Assembly: GCA_965113315.1 (NCBI GenBank)
Contig: OZ220369.1
From: Podarcis vaucheri
Taxonomy: Eukaryota
Length of the DNA: 64,000 nt
Direction: 5' to 3' (one strand)
Both the position numbers and the translations under genes were made by a program. Below the pieces are notes generated by a model. It saw only the letters and a program-made list of their open reading frames with translations. It did no database searches and had not been told where the DNA came from. Below are positions 1 to 12,922 of the stretch, piece after piece. Every line of letters begins with the position of its first letter. The first letter of the stretch is position 1.

Positions 1-226
1 CACAGGTAAGAAGACCAAAGTTTATTTTACAAAATTCTGTTGTGTGTTGTAACCTCCAGTGTATAATATGCCCAGTGTTCAACAAATTTAAAATATTTCA
101 GCTGTACATTTCATTACTTGAATAATAGAAGAAAGTAATGCAATTGTTATGCTTCATAGTACTTCTCTAATTTCCAGCTTCCCTGACTGAGTACTTTTAG
201 TTACCCTCTTAACAATGAACTTTCAG

Positions 227-408
227 ATATGTTAACTGTGCCCGGAATGAGGAAGAGCAAAATCTTGTTGCCTTCCAGTATCATGGGAAAATCTACTACA
301 GAGCATGTAAAATAATCCTTATTCATTCTGAGCTTCTGGTTTGGTATGGAGAAGAATATGGAAAGGAGCTTGGCATCAAGTGGGGCTCTAGATGGAAATC
401 AAGAAAAG
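227..408 (+). CDS. PRDM9: PRDM9 copy A, third PR/SET exon
   Basis: ttcag|A TAT...AAA G|gtata. Encodes [60 protein letters not shown], matching the mammalian PRDM9 PR/SET C-terminal part. Confidence 0.96.
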
Positions 409-1908
409 GTATAATAATCATGCATTGTTTTAAATCTTCCCTAACACTGAAATCTGTTATTGCTTCTTTTGTTTGTCTTAGGCAGCATTCTCCTGGATAC
501 ATCTAATATATCTTCATATTTCTATGTGTTATATACAGTAAATCTAAAGGACTAGTTCATAGAACCATAGAATTGTAGAGCTAGAAGGGTGGTTGAGGTA
601 AGAGAAATGTAGGACAGCTGGGGGAAAGCTTTCATGTTGCAGAGAAATGCACAAGGATTAGGATCAATTTTGCATGGTGAATATGTGGGCTGAAAAGACT
701 GGTGCTGCGTTTTTGACATAGTGGTAGTGCTTGTATGACTTTTGAACATGACTCCAGTTCTTAAGTCTTCTCATATGTAGAGCATGGGAGTGGTGCCAGC
801 CTTGAGCAGGCTGGCACAAGTCATATTGCTGCCTGCTGCAGGAAAGTGAAGTAACAACACACCTGCCAGTAATATGAGACATAGTCCACCAGGATATTAT
901 TCTGTGCCTGTCTCTTTGAAAGGAATGGAGGCGTCATACAAATATTACTATACCTCTCCTATTTATTTCAGTGGGAACTTGTGCAGTACAACATCCCCGT
1001 GGATTGTCCCACATTTGTTAAATATGGCTTTCCCCCTCAGTCAAAATCCATCAGCTGGGAGGTTGTCACACCTTGGTTCATGGTAGACCCCCTCACATAG
1101 CATGCCAATATATTGTTGAACATCACCCCACTCTCTGAGCGGTGTGAAATTCCAGAGATTCTAGGAATGAGGGACATCAGAGTCTGTGGTGTCTTTAAGA
1201 TTTATTTATTTATTTATTTATACAAATATACAACCTGAGCCTGTGATGGAGGGACTCACAGAATCAACACCCCAAAATATATTGCTTCTTCCATAGTCAC
1301 AGCCTTTGATTCGAATAGAAATCAAGTATGTTTCTCACTTTCTGGCTTCTGCTTTGCTTCTAACCCAGGTGCCACACACAACTGGCTATTGTCCTTCTAA
1401 CTACCAGTCAGGTGAGAGGGGGCACCCATTTGTCCTCTGGCACAGAACAACTTGCTTTGTTATACTATTGACCATACTTAGGGCCATTAACTCGCCAAGG
1501 AATTTGCCTGGCTAGTTAAACAATGGAATTAGAAGAGACTCCAGCATCATACAGGCTGACACACACACACCCCGCCAAGGTCACAACAATACTACAGTTG
1601 TTGTAATATTAGGAAGAATTTCATCATATACAGTAGTTGTCTCTTGTGCAAATATCTAATTTCCTCTGTATGCAGGTGTTATCTTAAAAAATAAGAAATG
1701 CATTTGGCATAGAAGAAATTCTCTCTCAGAACTATTTTAATATAGTTAAAGCACCAAAATTTAGACTTTATTTGCATTCAATAGTATTGCAGTATTTTAA
1801 CACACCTCCAGATTTTGGGTCATTCCACGCCAAATTACCTGGTGCCATGTGCTTTCATGACTCAGATTTTCTTCAATTTTTTAAATGTGTAGATACTTAT
1901 GAGATAAC

Positions 1909-2142
1909 CAAATTAATTTTTAAAGATTTTTTGCTCCAAAATTGGGAGCAGGAGAATTTTTTGAAAATTTCGTTTTTCGCGCAATTTAGGCTTATGCAAT
2001 TTCTGCGTCAGTTTAGAAAAACCCCTCAAATTAATTTGTAAAGATTTTTTTCATCCAAAATTGTGCACAGGAGAATTTTTTGAAAATTTCAATTTCTGCG
2101 CGATTTAGGCTAATGCAATTTCTGCATCAGTTTAGAAAAAAA
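1909..2142. repeat. ~118-bp tandem duplication in the last PRDM9 intron (also in unit 2)
   Basis: caaattaattt...aaagattttt...caggagaattttttgaaaatttc...gtttagaaaaa starts at 1909 and again at 2027. Confidence 0.7.
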
Positions 2143-2897
2143 CTACTGTTTGTTTTTGTTTTTTCAACCAGTTGGGCTTATTTTGGTATCAAAATAAAGC
2201 TAAATGTGGTCTCTTTCGAAATAAGGTATAAAAATGGTATTAAGAAAAGGGTCACTGACTATTCAAAGTGAATTTTTGTCATTTTATTCCTGGTAGGTTC
2301 GATAAGCCATAGCGCGCAAACCACAACTAACACGTGTATCATCCTTTTGTTGTGGAATGGGGTAACTATGTACTTGTTATGTTTTAAAAATAAGGAGGGT
2401 GTTTTTTGTGGTTATAAAATAAATTGATTTTTAAGAATTTTTTTTACAAAAAAATATTACTTTTTTTGGACAGGTTTAAGGTTTCTTTGAGCCTGAAATA
2501 ACTCACACATTTGTGAGAATAGTTAAAATTAAGTTTAATATATTATTTAATAAAAACAAAATATATCTTAGAGCCCTTGTTCATTTTATTGTGTAAAACA
2601 CTTCTGCAATGACATGGTCAAAGCTATTTTGTTTCCCATACATGTAATATAGTCAATGATGCTGTTTTGACCACTGTATGCAATATGACCTTTCTGAATG
2701 CTGTGGCCAGTCTTGGTCTTCTTACTGCTGCTTGCTCCTTCAGGACAACCCTCTGTTTTGGCATGTGTCTTTTTCCTTGGCTCTCAGTGAGCTTGTTGGG
2801 TCCTGTAGTTTCCTAAATAATGTAGTCCCATATGCCCATTTGTCATGCATGGTTGAAAATAGCTACTAAAACTCAAATCTTGTTTGTTCTCAAATAG

Positions 2898-4216
2898 TAC
2901 ACAAGCAGAATTCACGTTTGATACAGGAGCGAGGTATCACCTGCCATCAGTGTCCCTGCTGCAAATTGGCTTTCACTTTCAAAGATTACCTTCACAGACA
3001 TATGAAATGGAGGCATTCAGGATATGGAATACAGCCTGAAGTACCTGAAAATGTCCTAGCAGAGAAATCTCTATTCAAAATCACAAATAGTGCTTCAAAC
3101 AGAACTATGCTGCAGCACCTAGTGCCAAGTTGTGTTTACAAAGACAAAGATGAGGAGACACTGTTTTTAAAAGATATAAACAAAGAGACACAGAGTAGAA
3201 CGCAGGTTTCTAGATGCAATGAAAGTGGGACAACTTTAAAGCAGCTGTCACACCCAGCCCAACAATTATGTATAGGAGAGAGACCATGTTCATTTAGAAA
3301 GTGTGGGAGAAGTTTCAGCTACTCATCAGTGCTAGTCACTCCCATGCAAACACACACAAGAGAGAAGCCATATTCATGTAGGGAGTGTGGGAAAAGCTTT
3401 AGCCAGTCAGGCGTCCTGACCAGGAACAAGCGAATGCACACAGGAGAGAAGCCATATTCATGTGGAGAGTGTGGGAAAAGCTTCAGCTGGTCAGGACACC
3501 TGGCCAGCCACAAGCGAACGCACACAGGAGAGAAGCCATATTCATGTGGAGAGTGTGGGAAAAGCTTCAGCTGGTCAGGACACCTGGCCAGCCACAAGCG
3601 AACGCACACAGGAGAGAAGCCATATTCATGTGGAGAGTGTGGGAAAAGCTTCAGCCGGTCAGGACACCTGGCTGTCCACAAGCGAACGCACACAGGAGAG
3701 AAGCCATATTCATGTGGAGAGTGTGGGAAAAGCTTCATCCAGTCAGGAGACCTGGCCAAGCACAAGCGAATGCACACAGGAGAGAAGCCATATTCATGTG
3801 GAGAGTGTGGGAAAAGCTTCAGCCAGTCAGGAGACCTGGCCAGGCACAAGCGAATGCACACAGGAGAGAAGCCATATTCATGTGAAGAATGTGGGGAAAG
3901 CTTCAGCCAGTCAAGAGACCTGGCCAGCCACAAGCGAATGCACACAGGAGAGAAGCCATATTCATGTGAAGAATGTGGGGAAAGCTTCAGCCAGTCAGGA
4001 AACCTGGCCAGACACAAGCGAACGCACACAGGAGAGAAGCCATATTCATGTGGAGAGTGTGGGAAAAGCTTCAGCCGGTCAGGACACCTGGCCAGACACA
4101 AGCGAATGCACACAGGAGAGAAGCCATATTCATGTGGAGAGTGTGGGGAAAGCTTTAGCCGGTCAGGACACCTGGCCAGACACAAGCGAATGCACACAGG
4201 AGAGAAGCCACCTTAG
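2898..4216 (+). CDS. PRDM9: PRDM9 copy A, final exon: post-SET zinc finger, spacer and 10 C2H2 repeats
   Basis: Acceptor aaatag| is phase-compatible with the previous exon. [22 protein letters not shown] post-SET finger, TGEKPY-linked array, TAG at 4214-4216. Confidence 0.95.
3371..4210 (+). repeat. 84-bp zinc-finger minisatellite, 10 units (copy A)
   Basis: Near-identical 84-bp units. Helix -1/+3/+6 residues: QVR (His->Asn), WHS, WHS, RHV, QDK, QDR, QDS, QNR, RHR, RHR. Confidence 0.97.
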
Positions 4217-6251
4217 TGTAACATAGTGGATAGAGCTACCAGTTCCAGTACAGAGTATGGTGCTGTATTTTGAATGTTTTTAATCATAAAGTAAGCAGCT
4301 CTGCATTTCTGCTCATCTAGCAGTTTTGGTGCATTTCGCCATCTGCTGTAATAAGCAGGGCTCTAATCATTTGCTGTCTACTCTGTAGGAAACTTCATCA
4401 AGTGACTTTTTCTAAAGCCAGCACCACTGCTCATACCACCTCATTGTTTTAGAGCTCTAAAGACACAATTTTGGATATATGACCCTAGAAGTGAGTTTTT
4501 GTGTGGCAAACCCTAGAAGTTTATTTGGTGAACTTTTTTTCACCCTTATGCTTTTTAATGCTCCACAATCTGATTTAAAATGAAAGAAGTGCCTATGTTT
4601 TAAATGCTGAAGTTTTCCCATAAGCATTTCTTCTTGAGGGCCAATGTGAAAAAGCATAGGGTGCTATACTACTTGTGGAGTTACCTGATGTAATTTATAA
4701 AGCTATATTTACATTATTTCCTGCTAGCATCTTTTTATGTTGTGCTGAAACTGTTTTCTGATGCTATAACTGATGAATCTTCACTGATCTTCACTTAAAG
4801 ATTATTTCCAAAATGGGCCAATGTTACAATGAGGTTCAGGAGCTCTGATTTGAAGAAAAAGATTCAACCCTGACTACTAAACTCATTTCCATCTAACAGT
4901 GAAATCCCAAGATTCCATAATTCAGTTGAACAATGCTTACAGCTCTTGGGCTTTATTTCAATGGTCAATCATATTCTGCCCATGTTATCTTAATAAATGG
5001 CTTCTTCAAAAGTGACTGCTGTTACTGTCATAAATTAAGAAATAGTTTTCAATGTAACTGTCATATACTTTTTACATTAATCTGAAACTCTGGTCCAAAT
5101 AACACACTGTATATAAACACATATTATGAAATGGGATGCCTGCTTCTTCTAGCCAAAGTAGTTTTGTGAGGGAAACAGTCAGAAATGGAAGCAGGAGGGG
5201 AGTAAGATGCTTAATTCGTTATTTAGCTTTTCTTTTCTTCCACAGCTTTCCCTCAAGCCACTCTCCTCCAGGGGTGCCTGTTAAACTTGCAAAATACATT
5301 ATTTGGAACCTTGTAAGGAGAAAAGTAGCTTCAGGAGGAGTTGGTTGGGAAATGCCATGCACATTTCTGTGCACAAGGATGAAATGCCTTCCTCTCCCCC
5401 CTCCCCCATTTCAGATTTCAACCACCAAAGCTTCTTTGCCTAAAACAAACAACCACATGGATTTGTATTACACGCTTTTGCATGCCAAGTATGTGTTAGC
5501 CTTGCAACTTCTCAAAACTCTTATATTTTTCCAAATAATATAGTTCCATCTGCAGACAAAAGTAGAGCAAAGTATCAGGACTGAATCCTACTTGTCACAG
5601 GATAGCTATGAATAGGATATCCTGTGGTGTTTTTTGTTGTAAGAGTTAGTAATGGCACTAGAAGAGCTGATGTGGCTTGAGACCCCAGTGCTGTGGAAGG
5701 GAGCATGGCTAACTGGTTAACCCTTCTCTCCATGCTATTTCCCTCTGAGAACTGCCTGCTTCCCTGCTGATGCTATTTATCTTCAAGGCAAACCCATACA
5801 TATACGGTGGTAATATCCGTATGTATTGCTCCACAAGGCAACTAGCTCTAGGGATGCAATTTGGTTTAGGACAAATGACATGGGGGAAGTGTTGAGCCCC
5901 CACTCACGGTGCAGTATCACAAACATTTACCCTTCCTGATCCTGAAGACAGCCACTCCATCCTAAACAGCTTTACCTTGGAAGTCTTATTGACTTTATTA
6001 GGCCTTCTAAGTAAATGAAATGAGGATCACAGGCTCTTTGTGTATGTTATGTGTAGTAAGGGCTGATTCATATCATTCTTTTAAGGTGACTGAGAGAGAT
6101 GCAATAGATATTGCATATTGATGTTCCATGCCATAATGATAACACTTGCATAGGTCGTTCATGCATAAAATGGACAGGGTGGAAAGCCTTCATGAATCCC
6201 CATCCCTTTGCAAGCATATCTTCACATGGTGACCTTATAGTACACCTAGAT

Positions 6252-6572
6252 CAGGGGTCAGCAACCTTTTTCAGCTGTGGGCCGGTCCACCTTCCCTCAG
6301 ACCATGTAGTGGGCCGGACTATATTTTTTGGGGAGATATGAACAAATTCCTATGCCCCACAAATAACTCAGAGATGCATTTTAAATAAAATCACACATTC
6401 TACTCATGTAAAAACACCAGGCAGGCCCTACAAATAACCCAGAGATGCATTTTAAATAAAAGGACACATTCTATTCATGTAAAAATACGCTGATTCCCGG
6501 ACCGTCCGCGGGCTGGATTAAGAAGGCGATTGGGCTGCATCTGGCCTGTGGACCTTAGGTTGCCTACCCCTG
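6252..6572. mobile_element. hAT-like non-autonomous DNA transposon (removed in unit 2 by a larger deletion)
   Basis: Termini caggggtcagcaacc...ggttgcctacccctg. Imperfect 8-bp TSD acctagat/ctctagat. Confidence 0.7.
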
Positions 6573-8697
6573 CTCTAGATGGTGAGTGCTGCTGAAGGGA
6601 GCTAACACTGCTTAAGGGTAGAGAGAACTGCTAAAAGGCCCTATAGAGTATTATCTTAACAGTCTGTGCCACCAACTCTGTTGCCTGCCCATGGTTGTGA
6701 ATTGCTCTGGTTTTGTAAGGATAATACAGACACTTTTTAGAATAATTTAAAAGACATACTGTGTTTCACCAGAAATGGTACCAGACAAAAAACAAATTGT
6801 TCCCAGGCACAGATGGTGCATTAAGGTTTAGGCTACAAGGCATATGGGTTGTAGGAAAGAGCACTGGCTGAAGTACTGTATATAAAACTATCCATCATGA
6901 AGATAGCCAATGCATGTTTCCTTGTGCAAAGCTGGCCAGCTGGCCACCTGTGGTGTGAAAATGTGTACTGTATTGCATCTGATCAGACAAGCATCAAGAC
7001 AGGCCTGACTTTCCTGTACTGCTCGGTATTACAAAAGCACTGATCCAAACTGACCCTGTTATCATGAGGTTAGGGTTAGAAATAAGTTGTTCTCCTAAGT
7101 GAATAATAGAATATATCACTTTGATGTTGTTTTGAATATAAAGCAAGTAGGACATTTTCAAAATAAATGAAACATGTTGTTTCAAAACAATCTCATTTCA
7201 TAATAGTGAAACATTTATTTTATTAACATCCCAGATGCCAAAACTTGAAAAAATAAGGAAATTTAGTCTGTCATTAAATCGAAATAGGATTACAAACCGT
7301 CTCCCATGCTAGGGCTTGGATCAAGAGTATTAATGGGGTCAACTACCCATTTCCCTTATCATTGCTTCGACTCACCCACCTTTGGCAATCTTCTGTAATG
7401 CACAACCAGAGCTTCGTATGTCATGGTAAGAAGAGAGGGTCAGACGCCTATTTAGGGAAATAACCAAACACTGTGAAATGTCTGGTTATTTTTTTCATTG
7501 TCACCATGAAAACCTAAAACTCATTGGTTCTTCTAAGAGAGAGATACTCAATATAGTGTCCTCCATATGTTTTTGGACTATAACTCCAATCAATCCAGCC
7601 AACATAGATAATAGTAGGGGATAATGGGAATCATAGTTCTAAACATTTGGAGAGTATCACATTGGTTAACCCTATTACTTTTAGCCCAAGTCTAGCTCTC
7701 TCCAGCTCTCCTTTGGTCTTTGAAGAAAGCAAGGGAGGTTCATAGTGCAATCTATCAAAAAAACCAAAACCCTACAATATTAACAATGTTACAACTTTTT
7801 CCTATACAAGAGTGGGAAAGCATACAAGTAGCAGATCAAAGATGAAGACAAATATAATATTGAAACAAAAGTTGCATAGGTTTTTCACCCATGATATGAT
7901 TTCAGCCTTTTCCTGGCTTCTACCAAAGCAAATATTGGATAAGCTCTCAGTTTTTTTCTCCTATCTTGTGATTGAGGCAGTCTATGTACTATTTCTTTCT
8001 TGTTCATGTGTGTCTTGAAGCATTGTCCAATCAGCACCATATACAGCTGGATTTTGCTGCAAACCTATAGCCCAATTTCCTTCAGCATTCAACAATGGGG
8101 GAAAAATATACATTTGAACTGAACACAATGAGCACGCTTCCAAATCAGCTGCACTATAAATAGGTCTCTCTTAAATCCCAATTTCAGAAGGGAAAGTAGG
8201 AGCAGGCACAAGTTCTAAATGAATTAATCCTATAAGCTTCTCAGTTGTGCACCATTTGGTGAATATCACTGACGTGTTCTTTACATCTTGGAACAAATTT
8301 TCCTAGAAAAGGGGAGGGAAGCATCTCTTCCCAACAAGACCAAGAATGGAAAAGTGACTAGGAAGATGTCAAGTGAAAATAAAGTTAGTACTTGTCAGAA
8401 TATTTTGTCTGGAAAACGAAAATGCCAGGAAACTTGTGTTGTTTACCCTCCTGCCAAATCTTTCACAAAGCCAGATCTTTCACAAAGAGGAATCAATAAT
8501 TTCTTCTCAGCCTTCTTATTGTAAACCTGACATAGTTATACAAGTGTGAGTATCCTGGAGAGAGGAGAATATAGAATCCTTCCACCCCTGCCCTCAATTC
8601 TCCTCAGCAGGATGAAGTGAGGAAGAATATTCAGGATTCAAAAGGGCTGTTTATACTATGTGCCTGGAAACTGAATGCAAAGTGAAGTCCTTTTCTA

Positions 8698-8820
8698 TCA
8701 CGGTTTCTCTGGCTTCTCCAGCTGCAGATCAATCACTTTCACGTTCCCTATGTCCTGGTAGGTGGCCTGCAGCCCCCGTGAAATGTCCTCGTACATGGAA
8801 CAGTCATCCAGATTCAGTCC
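8698..8820 (-). pseudogene. CD79A: CD79A (Ig-alpha) last coding exon with ITAM, partial gene copy in unit 1
   Basis: Minus strand ttcctag|[40 protein letters not shown], matching human [25 protein letters not shown]...LEKP. Confidence 0.93.
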
Positions 8821-8909
8821 CTAGGAAGGGAAAACCAAAAAAGGTCAATCTCTGAAAGATAAGTCTATAAGTATGAATACTGATATAAAATCACAAAAAG
8901 GGGTTCACA

Positions 8910-9238
8910 GCGGGTGGCGCTGTGGGTTAAACCACGGAGCCTAGGACTTGCTAATCAGATGTTCGGCGGTTCGAATCCCCACAATGGAGTGGGCGCCCGT
9001 TGCTCAGTCCCTGATCCTGCCAGTTCGTGAGCACGTCAAAGTGCAAGTAGATAAATAGGTGGGGAGGTAAAAGGCGTTTCCGTGCGCTGCTCTGGTTCGC
9101 CAGAAGTGGCTTAGTCATTCTGGCCACATGACCCAGAAGCTGTACGCCCGCTCCCTCGGCCAATAAAGTGAGATGAGCGCCATAACCCCAGAGTCGGCCA
9201 CGACTGGACCTAATGGTCAGGAGCCCCTTTACCTTTAC
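8910..9238 (+). mobile_element. Sauria SINE (unit 1 only)
   Basis: tRNA-like head gggtggcgctgtgggttaaacc...ggttcgaatcc and (ACCTTT)n tail. Absent at the paralogous site ~39250. Confidence 0.85.
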
Positions 9239-9475
9239 TATTATTCTGAAGATGCATTGAGTTTTAGGGTGCATTTAAAAACAATGGACATTACAAATTT
9301 TGGTGCATTCATTTCAAAGTGTCTGCTTTGTGGGATGTGACATCACTGTAGCAGTCAAATACAACATTTCCAGTTTGCCCAGAGTGGACACATGGGGTGT
9401 TGCTCCAGCCAGGAGGACTTTCTGTCACTAGGTATAACTTGATACAACCCTTTGGCTGCAACCCTAAACAAGTTT

Positions 9476-9627
9476 AAAGGGACCCCTGACCATTAGGTCC
9501 AGTTGTGGCAGACTCTGGAGTTGCGGCGCTCATCTCGCTTTATTGGCCGAGGGAGCCAGTGTACAGCTTCCGGGACGTGGCCAGCATGACTAATCCGCTT
9601 CTGGCAAACCAGAGCAGTGCATGGAAA
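9476..9627 (-). mobile_element. Sauria SINE 3' fragment
   Basis: Reverse complement of the 3' half of the SINEs at 8910 and 12923. Confidence 0.75.
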
Positions 9628-10507
9628 CTTCACACACACTCACACACTACATACACCACATTTCTGTTATAAAATTCATAGAAAAATCAACCATACATTG
9701 GATTTGCACTGTTCCATTTTTATTTTACTCCATATGACAAGGACTATCAAAGGGGGGTGACCAGGGGTGTGGCTTGGTTCTGGTCAGCCATAATCCCTTC
9801 ACCATCCCAGCACATCCACAGGAGCCCTGCCCAGTTGCTATGCCAACCCTGATGATCCCAGACAGAAGACAATCAAGATCACAAAGAACTTGCATATGGG
9901 AGTGGATTCAGCATGGACTGAAACAAAGGACAATGATCAGATCTTCCCTCTGGGGCAGGAAACTGCCAACTCCTCTTTGTCTCCTGGAAGTGACTCATGG
10001 GAGGGGGAAAGGAGGAACCAGCCAGGTGACAGGACACTCAGGTTACCACCACAACTCCTCCCTCAACCCCTCCTTTCTGTAATGTATGCATGATGTTTCT
10101 GGGGGTGGGCTTGACCTAGAGGAGGGGAATTTCAAAAGTTTTTATAAGACCTTGCACACTATTTTTCTTTGTCTTTCCTCTCTTTTGCAAGTGAGGGGAA
10201 CACCCTGTTGCAACAGTTCAATAAAGGCCAAGCCTACAGGCTGCTGTTTTGCTCCAAGTTATCCTGGTTGGTGTCTTTGTTTTGTCCAAGGGAGCCCTCG
10301 GATTTTTCCGATAACAAGAATACTGGCTGGGCTTCCTATTTCCAGTATCATATGAATACACCATGGTGTCTATCTCCTTCAGCTTTGGAATTTTCCCACA
10401 TTCTGCTGCACAGAAGCATGGGCGTAGCCAGGATTTTTCTTAACATGTTTATTTATGGGGGGGGCAGTGCCCCCCCACGCCCATGTACAGAAGTCTCCCA
10501 GAATTAC

Positions 10508-10576
10508 CACATATATGTTCTCCTCTTCATAAGCCTTCTTCTTGGCTTGTAAAAGGCGCTCGTTTTCCCATCTCTT
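10508..10576 (-). pseudogene. CD79A: CD79A cytoplasmic exon, unit 1
   Basis: 69-nt exon cag|KRWENERLLQAKKKAYEEENIYV|gtaatt; human counterpart [23 protein letters not shown]. Confidence 0.9.
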
Positions 10577-11677
10577 CTGCAAAAAGAGAGAGAGAGAGAG
10601 AGAGAGAGAAGAGAAGAGAAGGAAAACACTATGAAAACAAATGTGGTACATCGGGTAGGCATCACTGGGCCTGCCAAAGCCCACAGCCCAGTAGTGAGCC
10701 CAATGCCATTCTCTGGAGCTGCTCCTCAGTGATGCTGTCTGTTCATCTGCCCTCTAAGTGTGCAAACATAAGAATGAGATAATGGAGACATAGTCTCTAT
10801 GTGCTTTTCCTTCAAGTGCCTGGGCTTCCTGGGCTCCACCAAATTGGAGATGGTTCTTTGCTTAGCTGCATCAGTTTTCGGTGCATTTTACATGCTTTTA
10901 GGCCACAAACTCAGGCCACACACACACACACCACACATTTAAAGCACTCTTCTGTCACTTTAACAGCCATGGCTTCTCCCAAACACTCATGGGAACTGTA
11001 GTTAAGTGTGCCAAGAGTTGTTAGGAGACCCCTCACAGAGCTGCAATTCCCAGCACCCTTAACAAACTACAGTTCCCAGGATTCTTTGAGGGAAGCCATG
11101 ACTGTTAAAATGGTACAATAATGGCTTTATTTTTTTTAAGTATGTTGTGGATATAACCCTAAACCAGTTTAACTGTCCTTCCCCCATTCACAGTTGGGAT
11201 TCTCTGAGGAAGTGAGAGGTGAGTTATAGCGAATTGTTGATCACCACTTCTTGCTAAATGACAATTACCAGTATTGAGAGGCTCATAATCTTGGTAGCCA
11301 TTTACTGCTTAGATTTCACAGGTTCTCAATACATTGGTCACAGTTAATGGTAACTAAAGAGTTGATCACAGAAGAGCATAACAATTAAATCAATTTTAGT
11401 TTAAGGGCCATTTCATACAAACAAAAACTGGTCCTCAGCTGATCAGCAGAAGATAAAACTGAACACATGTTACGACATTCTGTCTGGCCATATGGAAAAG
11501 TAGTTGCATGAACTTTCTGTCATGCGTGATTGGGGTGCATAGGTGAAACCCTACATCCTGGGTAGCTGTGTGTGACAGAGAAATAAAGAGGCCATTTCAC
11601 CAAATTCCTAGTTGTACTTCACACAGCATTTGTAGATGGACAATTCTAGCTTATGTGAACTAGTCTTCAGTTAGCTG

Positions 11678-12153
11678 TGTAGCTAAAACAACAAGTTTCA
11701 GATAAGTACCAGGGGCCAGGACATAGTCTAAAGGTGCATGATGTCATGGAAATGACGGAGAACAAAGGGGAAGAGGAGAGACCAGTAGAGGAAGGGGGGC
11801 AGGAAGTGGCAATGGAGGAAAGGAGGGAAACTCAGGAAGAGGGAAGGCTCTCTGATGTTGGAGCAGAGCCTCAACACTGCACAGGAAGCTCTGGCACGGA
11901 GGGCGAGGCAGTGCCGGTTCCATCTGCTCAGGAAAGGAGAGTGTTAAAGAGGAGGAGGCAGAGACATCAAATGAGAATGCCTCGCCTCTTCTGCTGGAAA
12001 AGGAGCAGATGTAAGTCACTCCGAGAATCTGACCCAGAGGATTCGGATGCATGATTATGTGTGCTGCTTGTACATATGTAAAATAAAGGATGTATATATG
12101 TATCTCTGAGTGAGCAGAGGCATTTCTTGCGGAGAGCATTCATAAGCCATCAC
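11678..12153. mobile_element. Possible solo LTR or other interspersed repeat (also ~41880-42356)
   Basis: TG...CA ends, internal AATAAA and a purine-rich pseudo-ORF. No clear TSD. Confidence 0.3.
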
Positions 12154-12625
12154 ACATGACACAGCCATCTTGTTCTTGTCAGTGCTTGGATGGGAACCTA
12201 CCTGAGACCCTTCTGTGTGCTTCCTTAAGTTCCATGACAGTGGAGAAGTGGGATATTAATGTGATAAACACATCACAAACATCTTTTACTAAAGGAACAC
12301 AGCAAACATCATTTTGTATTTCAGAGCCATCCAATTATTGTTCTCAGACAATACCCTTGACCCATGTGATTCCAGTGAAGTGCCATTTGGGGGAAAACTC
12401 TTGTATTAGGCAATTATCTAGATGTTGTGCCTGTTGCTGGTGTACATGCTGATAAAAGGACAGTTTGCCCCTTTGGGGTAACAATCTACTCTTTAAAAAT
12501 AGGGGAAAAAAGCAGAACAAGATCTGGTGACTGGAAACTGTAGGCTGACAGATTCATTATGCACCATGCTCTCCCTGTCTGTCACCATGCGTACAAAGAA
12601 TAGTCAGAGGGAAATAACAGCTCAC

Positions 12626-12744
12626 CCTGAAGAGCAAAAAAAGACCAGGACCAATGGCACAGATGAGTAGCAGGAAACCCTCAGCTGTGATGATCTTATT
12701 TTTGACGCCTTCTGTCATGTTCAGGAAAGAGGCTGGTCGAGGCC
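12626..12744 (-). pseudogene. CD79A: CD79A transmembrane exon, unit 1
   Basis: 119-nt exon ctag|[40 protein letters not shown]|gtgag; human counterpart [37 protein letters not shown]. Confidence 0.92.
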
Positions 12745-12922
12745 CTAGAAGACAGCAAGCAGGAGAGTGTTTGATCCAGAAACCCCACAGCATCCCTAAC
12801 TATTTTATCACTCTCTTGCAATCCCAGGTAAAACTACAAGTATACAAAGAAAAATATGCACCCCAGGTATTATTGCATTAAGTGTCTTTGTTTGTATTGA
12901 TTTACACTGCCTGCCCTGCCAC

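Noticed and set aside
3371-4210. CRISPR-like repeat-spacer array
   Set aside because: Eukaryotic coding minisatellite with no unique spacers.
2918-4216. Stand-alone single-exon or generic KRAB-ZNF gene
   Set aside because: The TTG 'start' lies inside an exon with a phase-compatible acceptor at 2898. The upstream PR/SET, SSXRD and KRAB exons identify PRDM9.
3319-4226. Long alternative-frame and antisense ORFs over the zinc-finger arrays (also 33806-34881)
   Set aside because: By-products of a stop-poor 84-bp repeat; no independent gene structure.
11734-12054. Glu/Arg-rich 106-aa ORF as a gene
   Set aside because: Frameshifted in the unit-2 paralog and lies inside a repeat-like element in a CD79A intron.
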